A DNA stretch of 64,000 nucleotides from Pseudomonadota bacterium (GCA_039029455.1 JBCCGE010000001.1:90136-154135); one strand, 5' to 3'; positions 29,118 to 38,392 are shown, counted from the first letter of the stretch. A program made the numbers and translations. The notes: a model not told the origin generated them from the sequence alone.

Positions 29118-29981
29118 GTGCTACGGTTTGAGCCAATTCAGGACGCACCGTTGGGTGCGGAAGTTGTAAATTACGACTTTTCGAGGCCGCTTGATGCGAG
29201 GGTTTTGGAAGCGTTTGAGGATGCGCTTGAACGTTACGGTGTTCTGATATTTAGACATCATTCCCCATCTGCGGCAGAACAGATCGCGTTTAGCAGACAG
29301 TTTGGTGTGCTGGAAACCGCGACATCCAAAGAAGGCGGTCACGAATCTCATCCGGAGTTGATGGTCGTGGGTAACCCGCCCGGACGTCTTATCACATTTT
29401 CACCGGCTAATCCGGATGGCGATCTGGAGTGGCATGCCGACAACATGCATCTCACGAATACGGCGAGGTTGTCGGTATTGCATGCAATCAAAGTCCCAAA
29501 ATCAGGAGGCGACACATTGTTCGCCTGCATGTTTGCAGCGTACGATGATCTGAGTGAGCGAGAGCGTCGTGAGTTCGAACAACTCAAGATGGTTCACTCG
29601 ATTAGCGGACTGGAGACGTATCTGGAGGAAAATACAGGTGAGGCATCGAGAGACGCAATTGGACCCACCTATGGTACTGACAAGGTTGTCTGGCCTTTGG
29701 TACAACACCATCATCGGACCGGTCGCAAGTCGCTCTATTTAGGTTCCCACGTCACAATAGGCGTGGAAGACTGGCCCGTCGATAAAAGCCGTGCTCTGAT
29801 CAGGAAACTGGTGGATCGTGCAACCCGACCTGAATTCCAACTGCGCTACCGGTGGCAGCAAGGTGATGTGGTGATGTGGGACAACCGCCGCGTTCTGCAT
29901 GCCGGTACTTACTACGACGTCCGTCGCTATGATCGTCTGTTGTACCGGACGACGGTGCGAGACCCGTACCCGGCTACCTGA
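29118..29981 (+). CDS. TauD/TfdA family Fe(II)/2OG dioxygenase
   Basis: WHAD, GGDTLFA, WQQGDVVMWDNRRVLH. Confidence 0.9.
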   Translation: MLRFEPIQDAPLGAEVVNYDFSRPLDARVLEAFEDALERYGVLIFRHHSPSAAEQIAFSRQFGVLETATSKEGGHESHPELMVVGNPPGRLITFSPANPDGDLEWHADNMHLTNTARLSVLHAIKVPKSGGDTLFACMFAAYDDLSERERREFEQLKMVHSISGLETYLEENTGEASRDAIGPTYGTDKVVWPLVQHHHRTGRKSLYLGSHVTIGVEDWPVDKSRALIRKLVDRATRPEFQLRYRWQQGDVVMWDNRRVLHAGTYYDVRRYDRLLYRTTVRDPYPAT

Positions 29982-30086
29982 AAGTTATAGAAAATGAAAT
30001 CAGAACGAATTTGCTATAGTTGCTGATTCAAAGCGTTGAGTCTAGCGCCCCAGCGTTTCTGCTATCAGAACTAAAAATTCACAATT

Positions 30087-32432
30087 ATGATCTTCCAATC
30101 TATTCGATTCAGTTCTAAACCATTCCATGCAAGTCTGCTTGCCTTGTCGGTTGTATTTTTAACGTGCGGATCGGCGCTTGGTCAGACTTTGCCGCTCGGC
30201 GAGCCTGACGCCGAAAAAATCAGCATCGATATTGAGGACCCGGAAAGTAAAGCCGCAGTCCGGGAATTGGTGTCAACATTAAGCGATGACGCCGTTCGAG
30301 CGTTGCTGATCGAGCGCATGGATGCGGTCGCCGAAGAAAAACAGCGTGCCGCAGCAGAGGACGTGTCCGCCCTCGGTTTAATCGAACGACGATTCGCCAA
30401 TTACTGGGTGTATGCGCGCGATTCAGCAGAGCGTATCGGAACCCTGCCTGCAGTATTTTCAAAAATCCGCAAGGGAATTCAGTCGGCAACCGATCATAGT
30501 GTAGGTAAGGTACTGTTGATTGTGCTGTTGTCCATCGCTCTGGGCGTATTTGCAGAACGAGTCGTTGCCTGGTTTTTCCGCAAACGAAAACAACACCTGA
30601 TCGATTCCTTTTCCACAAAACTGTGGGGGATACTGAAAATACTCTACACCCGCCTGTCCTACGACGTTCTGGGTGTAGTGGCCTATGGCATTGTGAGTGC
30701 AGTAGTGATTCGTTCCTTTTACCCGGAAGGCACGATCATGAATCAGCTGGTGGAGATTTTTACTGTGGGTATTTTTGGGGGCTGGCTGGCGTACGTCATC
30801 TGTCGCTTTTTCTTTGCGCCATCGCGTCCGGACCTGCGTATCTGCCGAACGACCGATGAACGCGCGTGGAAAATCACCGTAAGCTTCTCTCTGACCGCAG
30901 CTTTTATCGTCACCATGCACAATATCTTTTATCTGTTTATCCAGGTTGGTGAGACGTATTACGACGGCTACAACTACATGCGGACACTCGGTTATTGGAT
31001 GAACATATCCATCTACATCGTCGCCGCGTTCGCGATTTGGATCAATCGGGATGCGTTGTCGGAAATTTTGCTGGAGAACAAGAAAAGAGTCAGTCTCGTT
31101 ATGGGCGAAGAGGCACCGGAGAATCTCAGCTGGTTTGCGGCACACTGGCCAAAAATTGCTGTGCTGCTGATTCTCGCCAAGTATTTGTTGGTTGAGCTGG
31201 TGGTGAATAACTCGGATGTAGCCGTGTACTCCACCAGCGCGGTATACATCACATTTATCGTGATTTTTCTGTGGCCCGGAATCGATGCAAACGTCTCGCT
31301 GTTTGTCGGCAAAGGAGTGACCGCGGCAGAGGACGAAACCCCTGCAGCTGCCAAGGCGAGACGAAACATGCAGTCCGGCCTGCTTCGTGTGGGGCGAGTG
31401 CTGGTGGTCGGTGTGGTTTTCTATGCGCTCGCATCGTTATGGGGCCTGAATATCATGGACCTGGCCAATTCCGGACTGGGCGCCAAAGCTGCCGGCACGC
31501 TGGTTGAGTTTCTGTTAATCGTGCTGATTGCGTACATCTCCTGGGAGTTGGTGTCGGCGTTTGTCGGTTACTGGCTCGCGGCCGAGAGCGGCAGTACCGA
31601 AGACGCTGCTGACGAGGGTGGCGGTGAGATCGGCGGAGTTGGCCTGTCCCGAACCGCCACTCTGCTGCCAATCATCAAAAAGACCGCGCAGGTGCTCATC
31701 GTCATTGTTTCCATCATTATGGTGCTGGACAACTGGGGGGTAAATATCGGTCCCATCCTCGCAGGTGCTGGTGTGGTTGGCCTGGCAATTGGCTTTGGCG
31801 CGCAGACGCTGGTTAAGGATATTGTTTCCGGATTGTTCTTTCTCGCTGATGATGCCTTTAGGGTAGGTGAGTACATCGATGTTGGCGGCACCATGGGCAC
31901 GGTGGAGAAAATTTCCCTGCGCTCGCTCCGACTGCGGCATCACAGAGGCCTTGTGCACACCATTCCTTACGGCGAAATTCCAAAGCTGACCAACTACAGT
32001 CGCGACTGGGTGATCATGAAGCTTCGCTTTCGCGTTCCGTTTGAAACCGATATCAACAAGGTTAAGAAGATATTCAAGTCCATCGGTGCTGACCTGTTGA
32101 ATGACCCCGTGCTGGGCGATGATTTTCTCGAACCGTTCAAATCTCAGGGCGTCGCGGAAGTCGACGATAACGGTATGGTTGTGCGCGGCAAGTTCATGGC
32201 CAAGCCGGGCAAACAGTTCATGATCCGGAAAGAGGTGTATGTCCGCGTGCAGAAAGCTTTTGAAGAAGCGGGCATCCCATTCGCCCGCAAACAGGTCATG
32301 GTGCACATCCCGGGCCTGGACAAAAACGAGTCGGTTGACGAGGAACTGGCCAGAGAGATTGGCGCCGCTGCTGCGGACGCGGCTGAGGACCCGATCGAGA
32401 CTGATCAGAATCCAACTAAGAAAACCGAGTAG
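30087..32432 (+). CDS. Large MscS-family mechanosensitive channel
   Basis: GLAIGFGAQTLVKDIVSG, FRVGEYI, GTVEKISLRS, TNYSRDW; many TM segments. Confidence 0.9.
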   Translation: MIFQSIRFSSKPFHASLLALSVVFLTCGSALGQTLPLGEPDAEKISIDIEDPESKAAVRELVSTLSDDAVRALLIERMDAVAEEKQRAAAEDVSALGLIERRFANYWVYARDSAERIGTLPAVFSKIRKGIQSATDHSVGKVLLIVLLSIALGVFAERVVAWFFRKRKQHLIDSFSTKLWGILKILYTRLSYDVLGVVAYGIVSAVVIRSFYPEGTIMNQLVEIFTVGIFGGWLAYVICRFFFAPSRPDLRICRTTDERAWKITVSFSLTAAFIVTMHNIFYLFIQVGETYYDGYNYMRTLGYWMNISIYIVAAFAIWINRDALSEILLENKKRVSLVMGEEAPENLSWFAAHWPKIAVLLILAKYLLVELVVNNSDVAVYSTSAVYITFIVIFLWPGIDANVSLFVGKGVTAAEDETPAAAKARRNMQSGLLRVGRVLVVGVVFYALASLWGLNIMDLANSGLGAKAAGTLVEFLLIVLIAYISWELVSAFVGYWLAAESGSTEDAADEGGGEIGGVGLSRTATLLPIIKKTAQVLIVIVSIIMVLDNWGVNIGPILAGAGVVGLAIGFGAQTLVKDIVSGLFFLADDAFRVGEYIDVGGTMGTVEKISLRSLRLRHHRGLVHTIPYGEIPKLTNYSRDWVIMKLRFRVPFETDINKVKKIFKSIGADLLNDPVLGDDFLEPFKSQGVAEVDDNGMVVRGKFMAKPGKQFMIRKEVYVRVQKAFEEAGIPFARKQVMVHIPGLDKNESVDEELAREIGAAAADAAEDPIETDQNPTKKTE

Positions 32433-32521
32433 ACGGACTTAATCGACTGCGCTGAGTTCCGTGTGACGGATATTCCTATCCGGTGTGCCAGGGGCGACGG
32501 ACTTATTGCGGGCTCACATGC

Positions 32522-33520
32522 CTAAGATGACGCGCGAAGTTTTTTACGCATCTGCAACAGCTTCATGCGTCCGCTCTTGCTGCCGTCGTGAAATGTATCG
32601 CGCCAGACGTCCATCGGTGTCTGCAGCGAACCGTGATTGCAGTCAAAAAATCGGTGGTGCAGTTGGTGATGAAAATCACCCAGAAGGATGCATTTGTACT
32701 TTCCGATTTTGACGCAGTCAAATCCGGTGTGCGATGTGGGAGCGCCGAGACCGTGAAAGATGAGGCTATAGATCACGTGCACCGGATGACTGGCCACGAC
32801 AAGAAACAGCAGCGAATCCGCCATCAGTATGAACTGCTCCACCGGGTGCATGGCCAGACCGGACCACGGTCCGATATTGCCGTTCTTGTGATGCCAGGAG
32901 TGCACGTGTTTATACAGAAATTTGGTGTGCAGTATTCGGTGCTGGACGTCGAAAAACAACACGGTCCAGAACGGCACCGCAGCAAGTAGCAGCAGAAACC
33001 AGACAGGGTTTGATTCGAACGTGATCAAAGTGGCATAGCCGTTCGCAAAACTCCACAGCAGCAGCGACTCCCAAAGTACCCAGAAGCTCAGGCCGGTTGT
33101 CAGTGTCAGAAAGATATTGTCGAAATTCTGCTGGCCAAAAAGAAAGCGATCTGACTTTTCACCAAGGTCCGCTTTGTCATAGCGAAGTTCCGTGCCTTGT
33201 TTTTTAAACGTGTGCAGATACAGGTGAAGACCGCCGATCACGGATATCATCAGAATGAAATCCCGCAGCCAGATTTCAAATACCCAGTCAAATGCCCAGG
33301 TTTTGGTTCGGCTCAGATCCGGCGTCCAGTGCAGCCAAACTACGATGGCGAGCATCAGGAACAGGAACTGCGTGCGACGAGGGTCCCAGGTGCCGAGATA
33401 GAACAGTGCGGCACCTTTTAGCGAGAACGGCTTGTCGTAATAGGGCGCGATCTTCAACGGTAACTCCGGATGGTAATTCCACATTGGATCCGAGTTCGAG
33501 TTGTCGAGTTTGGGGCTCAT
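32522..33520 (-). CDS. Sterol desaturase/fatty acid hydroxylase family membrane di-iron enzyme
   Basis: His boxes QHRILH, HSWHH, HTG, HHQLHH. Confidence 0.85.
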   Translation of the reverse strand: MSPKLDNSNSDPMWNYHPELPLKIAPYYDKPFSLKGAALFYLGTWDPRRTQFLFLMLAIVVWLHWTPDLSRTKTWAFDWVFEIWLRDFILMISVIGGLHLYLHTFKKQGTELRYDKADLGEKSDRFLFGQQNFDNIFLTLTTGLSFWVLWESLLLWSFANGYATLITFESNPVWFLLLLAAVPFWTVLFFDVQHRILHTKFLYKHVHSWHHKNGNIGPWSGLAMHPVEQFILMADSLLFLVVASHPVHVIYSLIFHGLGAPTSHTGFDCVKIGKYKCILLGDFHHQLHHRFFDCNHGSLQTPMDVWRDTFHDGSKSGRMKLLQMRKKLRASS

Positions 33521-33730
33521 CGATGTTCTCGCGCAAAAAACAGCAATTCTAAAGACGGGCAGGTGTGTAATCCATACCTTTTATTAGCCGGACAATGAAC
33601 GTAAACGGTCGGGTATAGGTGTATCGGACCGAGAAGTCAGAGATACGGGTAAAACACGGATACTGAACGAGAATATTTCTGTGCATCTTTGAGAGGCATC
33701 AAGTGAAGAAACCAGACGCACTCGGAGTGA

Positions 33731-33961
33731 ACACGCTGGCATTGTTTTGCCAGTCGCAGATGCACAAGTGTCAGAGGCGTTGGTCCCGTGCATTCACTGG
33801 TGTTGGAAGAAAATGCCGTCACGCCTGCGGTAGATGGAAGACTTAATCACACTTCTGCGGTTAAATCGGATCAGACCGCTACCTGCTGGGGCAACAATGA
33901 TTCAAGACAACTGGGGCAGTTCTCCTGGTTGGCGACTCCAACGTCGGTTGATGCGATTTAA
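33731..33961 (+). pseudogene. Degenerate RCC1/BLIP-II repeat fragment
   Basis: Manual translation ...GPVHSLVLEENAV...GRLNHTSAVKSDQTATCWGNNDSRQLG...TPTSV*; bounded by in-frame TGA (33728) and TAA; not in the ORF track. Confidence 0.5.
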
Positions 33962-34095
33962 TGTCTGTGTAGATTGCGGCCCTCCTGACTCACAGACTCC
34001 GATCCTAATTTCGCACGGCCGTAGCGGAACGGCACACAGCAGCGGGTCGAATCGCCGCATACCGCTCTGAATGACGTTTAAGTGTCAGTGAAGGG

Positions 34096-34851
34096 TCAGG
34101 CTGGTGCAGCCGGACCGGGAGGGCCTTTCGGACCAGAAAAACCTGGGTCGCCGCCCAAAATACCGGGCGTACCCTGAGCTCCGGGTTCTCCGACGGGTCC
34201 TGGAGGCCCGGGCTGAAACACTGTTGCTCCCGGAGGGCAGGCGACTCCGGGTGCGCCGGGGGGTCCCGGAAAACCGGGATCACCACCGGGACCTTTTGAG
34301 GCTGCCGTCGACCCGCTCGCACTTAGGTCGTCGCCAGGAATTCCCGGAGGTCCCGGAGGTCCTGGGGGGCCCGGAGGGGCGGCATTTGCACCTGTGTCGC
34401 CGGTAGGACCCCGAGCACCTATTTCGCCCTTTACGCCTGGAAACATTGGGTTTCCACCCACTCCCGGTTGACCGGGAGAGCCCGGAGGTCCCTGGGGTCC
34501 TGGGGAGCCGGTGCAAACCACAGGAGGTTCCGTGGTAGTGGTTGTTACGGTTGTTGTCGGTGCTGCCGTGGTGGTGGTACCGCCGCCGGGCTGACCACCA
34601 CCGCCGGTAGTCTGAGCGTGAGCGGGCAGGACAATCGAGGACACCAGAGGCTTGTTCCAGTGAAGTCCACTGGCGCCTGATGCACCCACCGCGATGATCG
34701 CGGACACCGTTTTTCTCCGACGGTTTGCGGACTCCTGCGGGCTAGGTACGATTTTGTGTGCAGATTGCGATGTGTCAGGAGACTCATTCGCATCTGCAGT
34801 TTTACCGGGATTCCTGATCTCGTCGTTATTGTTCCATTTTTCTTTACTCAT
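34096..34851 (-). CDS. Collagen-like protein 1: twin-arginine-like leader, Thr-rich linker, interrupted Gly-X-Y repeats
   Basis: RRRKTV...[15 protein letters not shown] leader; GSP GPQ GPP..., [27 protein letters not shown]; ATG 34851 chosen. Confidence 0.85.
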   Translation of the reverse strand: MSKEKWNNNDEIRNPGKTADANESPDTSQSAHKIVPSPQESANRRRKTVSAIIAVGASGASGLHWNKPLVSSIVLPAHAQTTGGGGQPGGGTTTTAAPTTTVTTTTTEPPVVCTGSPGPQGPPGSPGQPGVGGNPMFPGVKGEIGARGPTGDTGANAAPPGPPGPPGPPGIPGDDLSASGSTAASKGPGGDPGFPGPPGAPGVACPPGATVFQPGPPGPVGEPGAQGTPGILGGDPGFSGPKGPPGPAAPA

Positions 34852-35017
34852 CTGTAAATCCTCACTTTGGGAACATCTTTGTCTCAAGAGGTTTCATTCT
34901 TATGCGTCAACTTCAGCTCGGGTCGCTGCATTGATGTATAGAATACGACGTTTTGATCATAGCACGATTGGGCGATAAGGTATGATTACGGCCCGATCGC
35001 AATGTGAAATTCGTACT

Positions 35018-35602
35018 ATGTATTCACAACCCCTGTTTCACAATTTCACCGGTGTGATACCCGATGCTGTGTGCGATATCATAGTTGCTGAAGGAGAGTC
35101 ACTGCAGCAACGCAAAGGCACGGTGTACTCTGACGATCAGTTCAAGGTCGACAAGTCCATGCGGGTGACTGATGTTGGATTCTGGGATGAGTGGCATTGG
35201 GTCAACGGATTGATGACGCACTACATGGCAATGGCCAACAGAAGTTTCTGGCAATACGAGCTGGTGGTATCTCAGGGGGTTCAATACGGGTCATACGGTG
35301 TTGGCCATTTTTACGATTGGCATCACGACACGTTTTCGGAACCTATGGTGGATTCCAGCAGTGGCAATCAAACACGGCTCAACCGGTTTTTGAGCGCGTC
35401 ATTGCTATTGTCCGATGAGAACACGTATTCAGGCGGTGAGCTCTGTTTCATGGATCAGGAGGGTCGGACCTACACTGTTGAAGGTGGCCGCACAAAGGGC
35501 AGCATTGTTGTCTTTCCGTCGTCACTGCGCCACAAGGTTACACCGGTAGACAACGGTACCAGGCATTCCTGTGTCTCATGGATTTTGGGGGTCGTAGACT
35601 GA
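35018..35602 (+). CDS. Fe(II)/2OG oxygenase, prolyl-4-hydroxylase/PKHD-like
   Basis: YDWHHD (HxD), YSGGEL, VFPSSLRHKVTPV..GTRHS.VSW; ATG 35018 chosen (track 34982). Confidence 0.85.
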   Translation: MYSQPLFHNFTGVIPDAVCDIIVAEGESLQQRKGTVYSDDQFKVDKSMRVTDVGFWDEWHWVNGLMTHYMAMANRSFWQYELVVSQGVQYGSYGVGHFYDWHHDTFSEPMVDSSSGNQTRLNRFLSASLLLSDENTYSGGELCFMDQEGRTYTVEGGRTKGSIVVFPSSLRHKVTPVDNGTRHSCVSWILGVVD

Positions 35603-35645
35603 ACACCGACACCAGTGGTTTGAACTCAAAATCTTTTGAAAATAA

Positions 35646-37586
35646 TTGACTCAGCCGTTTACAACCTATGTCATTAATCGTGAGGATGCTCACGATCGGT
35701 GGCGTCGCATTGAGTCGGATCTGGGCGAGGTTGGAATTTACCCAACCCGAGTTAATGCGACCCTTGCAGAAAGCATCGATGACTCGTTCATGCGCGATGG
35801 TGAATGCTCCGTCATGCGGAAATGGCTGGATCCTTACACCGGGTTGTTGGTCAATACCGGCGAGATTGCCTGCTTATTGAGTCACCACAGTGTATGGCAG
35901 CAAATCGCAGCATCTGGAACAACCAGCATCGTTTTGGAGGACGATGCGTTGCTCGAAGCAGATTTTAATTCCAGACTGCAAGTCATAGGTCGCCTTCAAG
36001 AACAACACGATCTGGATCTGATCTATCTTGGATACAAACCACTGGGTCCGATCTCTGATCAGCGAGATGGACTTTGTGATCCGGGATACTGTTACTGGAC
36101 TGTGGGCTATATGCTGTCCCCAACCGGCGCGCGAAAACTGCTTGCTACGACCATCCTGAGAAACATACTGCCTGCCGATGAATTTTTGCCGGCGATGTTT
36201 AATCGGCACCCCAACGCACTCGTCCAGCATGTTTTCAAAGATTTTGAAAAACTGGGCGTTCGCGCTGCAGACCCGCCCATCGTACGACCTGACTTCCAGG
36301 TGGAAAGCCAGATCAGTACACAGCCGGAATACGTATATCATTTCATTGTACTGACGGTGGCCTCAGATCCTGACAAGGCTGCGTTGCTCACAGAATCACT
36401 GGATCGATTTTCAGTGCCGTATCGTGTTTTGGGATGCGGGCAGAGCTGGCGAGGCGGCGATATGACCGGCACCGGCGGCGGACAAAAAATAAATCTGCTC
36501 CGGGAAGCTCTGGGTGATCTTGACGACGACACGGTCGTGCTTTTTATGGACGGCTACGACACCCTGGTGAATGCGAACAGCGCATCGCTGCTGCGAATGT
36601 ATGCCAGATACGATCACGACATCGTGTTTGCGGCCGAAAAGTCCTGTTGGCCTGACGGTTCTCTCGCGAGTCAATATCCCGAGTCTCCCACCGAATATCG
36701 ATATCTGAATAGTGGGAGTTTTATCGGCAGCGCCGGTGCATTAAAAAAACTTGCGGCTGAATCCATAGACGACTCTGAGGACGATCAGCTCTACTTCACC
36801 AGAGCGTTTTTGAGTGGCGATCACGATATGGCCGTGGATATCGGTTGTAACCTCTTTCAAACACTGAGTTTTTCCGAAAACGATGTCATCCTGACGGGCC
36901 GCATCATCAAAAATATCATCACTGACACCCTACCTCTCGTGCTTCATGGTAATGGCGGTGAATCGTCCAAGCTGCGGTATCAGGAGATCGGAACCAAACT
37001 GCAGATTGCTGCTCATTATCCACTGTATACCGACCTCTACACCTATGAACGAGCGGCTAACCCTGAAAACATATGGTCAGTGCCATCGCCTGATATTCTC
37101 CAGCTAACATTCTGGACCGACGGATTTTGCCGCCTTCTGATTGAAACCGCAGAGTCTTTAGACGAATGGCAGTCCCTTCCTGGTGATAATGTTCCAGGCC
37201 AGGAGTTGCGGTTGCGGCGCATCAGCGAAAAGCTGTATCAAAATGTCGTTGCCCATTTCGAATGGCGTGTCGTTCCCTGGCTGCAGCAGCACTGGTTGCC
37301 GTATTCGTATTGCGGAATTAAAGATATATTTCTGATCAAATACTCCGCCAGCACTCAGGCTGAATTGGATCTTCACAACGATCGCGCGCACGTGAGTGCC
37401 TCCATCAAACTAAACGACCAGTATCGCGGAGGAGTGCTTGAGTTTCCGCGACAGCAGTTCACGAATCAAAACGTTCCTGTGGGATCGATGATCGTCTGGC
37501 CGTCTTCACTGACACATCCTCATCGATCAACCCCTGTCGAACAGGGCACAAAGTACAGTCTTACGTTCTGGACGCAAGAGCAGTGA
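35646..37586 (+). CDS. Fusion: GT25 (COLGALT-like) + PLOD-type glycosyltransferase + PLOD-type lysyl hydroxylase
   Basis: GEIACLLSH, LEDD, YWTVGYMLS..GARKLL, LPADEFLPAMF (GT25); WRGGDM..GGGQK, FMDGYD, AEKSCWP, YLNSG.FIG, DDQL (PLOD GT); HND...GG..F...THPH...G.KY (LH). Confidence 0.85.
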   Translation: MTQPFTTYVINREDAHDRWRRIESDLGEVGIYPTRVNATLAESIDDSFMRDGECSVMRKWLDPYTGLLVNTGEIACLLSHHSVWQQIAASGTTSIVLEDDALLEADFNSRLQVIGRLQEQHDLDLIYLGYKPLGPISDQRDGLCDPGYCYWTVGYMLSPTGARKLLATTILRNILPADEFLPAMFNRHPNALVQHVFKDFEKLGVRAADPPIVRPDFQVESQISTQPEYVYHFIVLTVASDPDKAALLTESLDRFSVPYRVLGCGQSWRGGDMTGTGGGQKINLLREALGDLDDDTVVLFMDGYDTLVNANSASLLRMYARYDHDIVFAAEKSCWPDGSLASQYPESPTEYRYLNSGSFIGSAGALKKLAAESIDDSEDDQLYFTRAFLSGDHDMAVDIGCNLFQTLSFSENDVILTGRIIKNIITDTLPLVLHGNGGESSKLRYQEIGTKLQIAAHYPLYTDLYTYERAANPENIWSVPSPDILQLTFWTDGFCRLLIETAESLDEWQSLPGDNVPGQELRLRRISEKLYQNVVAHFEWRVVPWLQQHWLPYSYCGIKDIFLIKYSASTQAELDLHNDRAHVSASIKLNDQYRGGVLEFPRQQFTNQNVPVGSMIVWPSSLTHPHRSTPVEQGTKYSLTFWTQEQ

Positions 37587-37883
37587 CGAAACATCCGCTG
37601 AGCATATTCGGTAGCAGGAAATTAATCAGTTTTGACGAGAGATTTCAGAAATTTATGCGGCACTGAAATATAAGGTGGCACGATAACTCCGGAAATTGAC
37701 GAGTGCTGGAAACTCTCTTCTGTCTTCCCAACAGTGATATGAACCGCTGTGCGTTACCTGTGGCAGCGTTTTCCGAAGGTATTTATCCGCGGTCTGTCTC
37801 GCATCCACAATCACTGTCGGGCTGCGGTCGCATTTGTTGTGTTACTCTTAAGAATGATGCGTATCTTGTAGTGAGAGTAAGAA

Positions 37884-38381
37884 ATGGGGAATTCAAACAA
37901 CGGTAAAAAGGCGCTGTTGGGCGGGGGGCAGATTCAGCGTCGAAAAACCGTGACCGCAGTAGTCGGAACCGGCGCTGCTTTAGGCGTTGCCTGGAAAAAA
38001 CCGGTGGTGTCCACGGTAATCTTGCCCGCCCACGCTGCCACAACCGATTCCGGCGGAGATCCCGGCACAGGGGTGACTACGTTGCCACCGGTTACAACAA
38101 CGTTAGCGGTAACAACTTGTCCTCCCGGAGTCCCAGGTAATCCTGGGCCTCCCGGACCCCCGGGAATGCCTGGGGAGACTGGATCTCCGGGGGCGCCTGG
38201 AGCGCCCGGAGGACCCGGTGGACCGGGTTCACCCGGATTACCGGGCCCTCCCGGATCACCTGGTTCTCCACCGCCGGGCTTCCCTGATTGTCCGGCTGGA
38301 CCTCCAGGACCCGCTGGACCTCCCGGACCACCTGGTCCACCGGGACCGCCTGGGCCTCCAGGACCACCGATTACCGACTGA
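37884..38381 (+). CDS. Collagen-like protein 2: twin-arginine-like leader and GPP-rich repeats
   Basis: RRKTV...[15 protein letters not shown] leader; 16 + 8 uninterrupted Gly-X-Y triplets. Confidence 0.85.
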   Translation: MGNSNNGKKALLGGGQIQRRKTVTAVVGTGAALGVAWKKPVVSTVILPAHAATTDSGGDPGTGVTTLPPVTTTLAVTTCPPGVPGNPGPPGPPGMPGETGSPGAPGAPGGPGGPGSPGLPGPPGSPGSPPPGFPDCPAGPPGPAGPPGPPGPPGPPGPPGPPITD

Positions 38382-38392
38382 TCACTGATCGT

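Noticed and set aside
31515-32306. 263-aa antisense ORF inside the MscS gene, and similar long antisense ORFs elsewhere
   Set aside because: Fully overlaps a well-supported gene and has no recognisable motifs.
32522-33520. Sterol desaturase-family gene as part of the collagen system
   Set aside because: Separated by a 570-bp region with an unrelated relic, and there is no mechanistic link.
34104-38367. Alternative-frame and antisense ORFs over the collagen genes (34104-34406, 34280-34516, 34468-34680, 38092-38367)
   Set aside because: Shadows of the GC-rich Gly-Pro-Pro codon periodicity; no independent motifs.
38120-38370. 9-nt periodic repeats resembling a tandem repeat or CRISPR array
   Set aside because: Fully explained by Gly-X-Y coding, with wobble variation and no spacers or cas genes.
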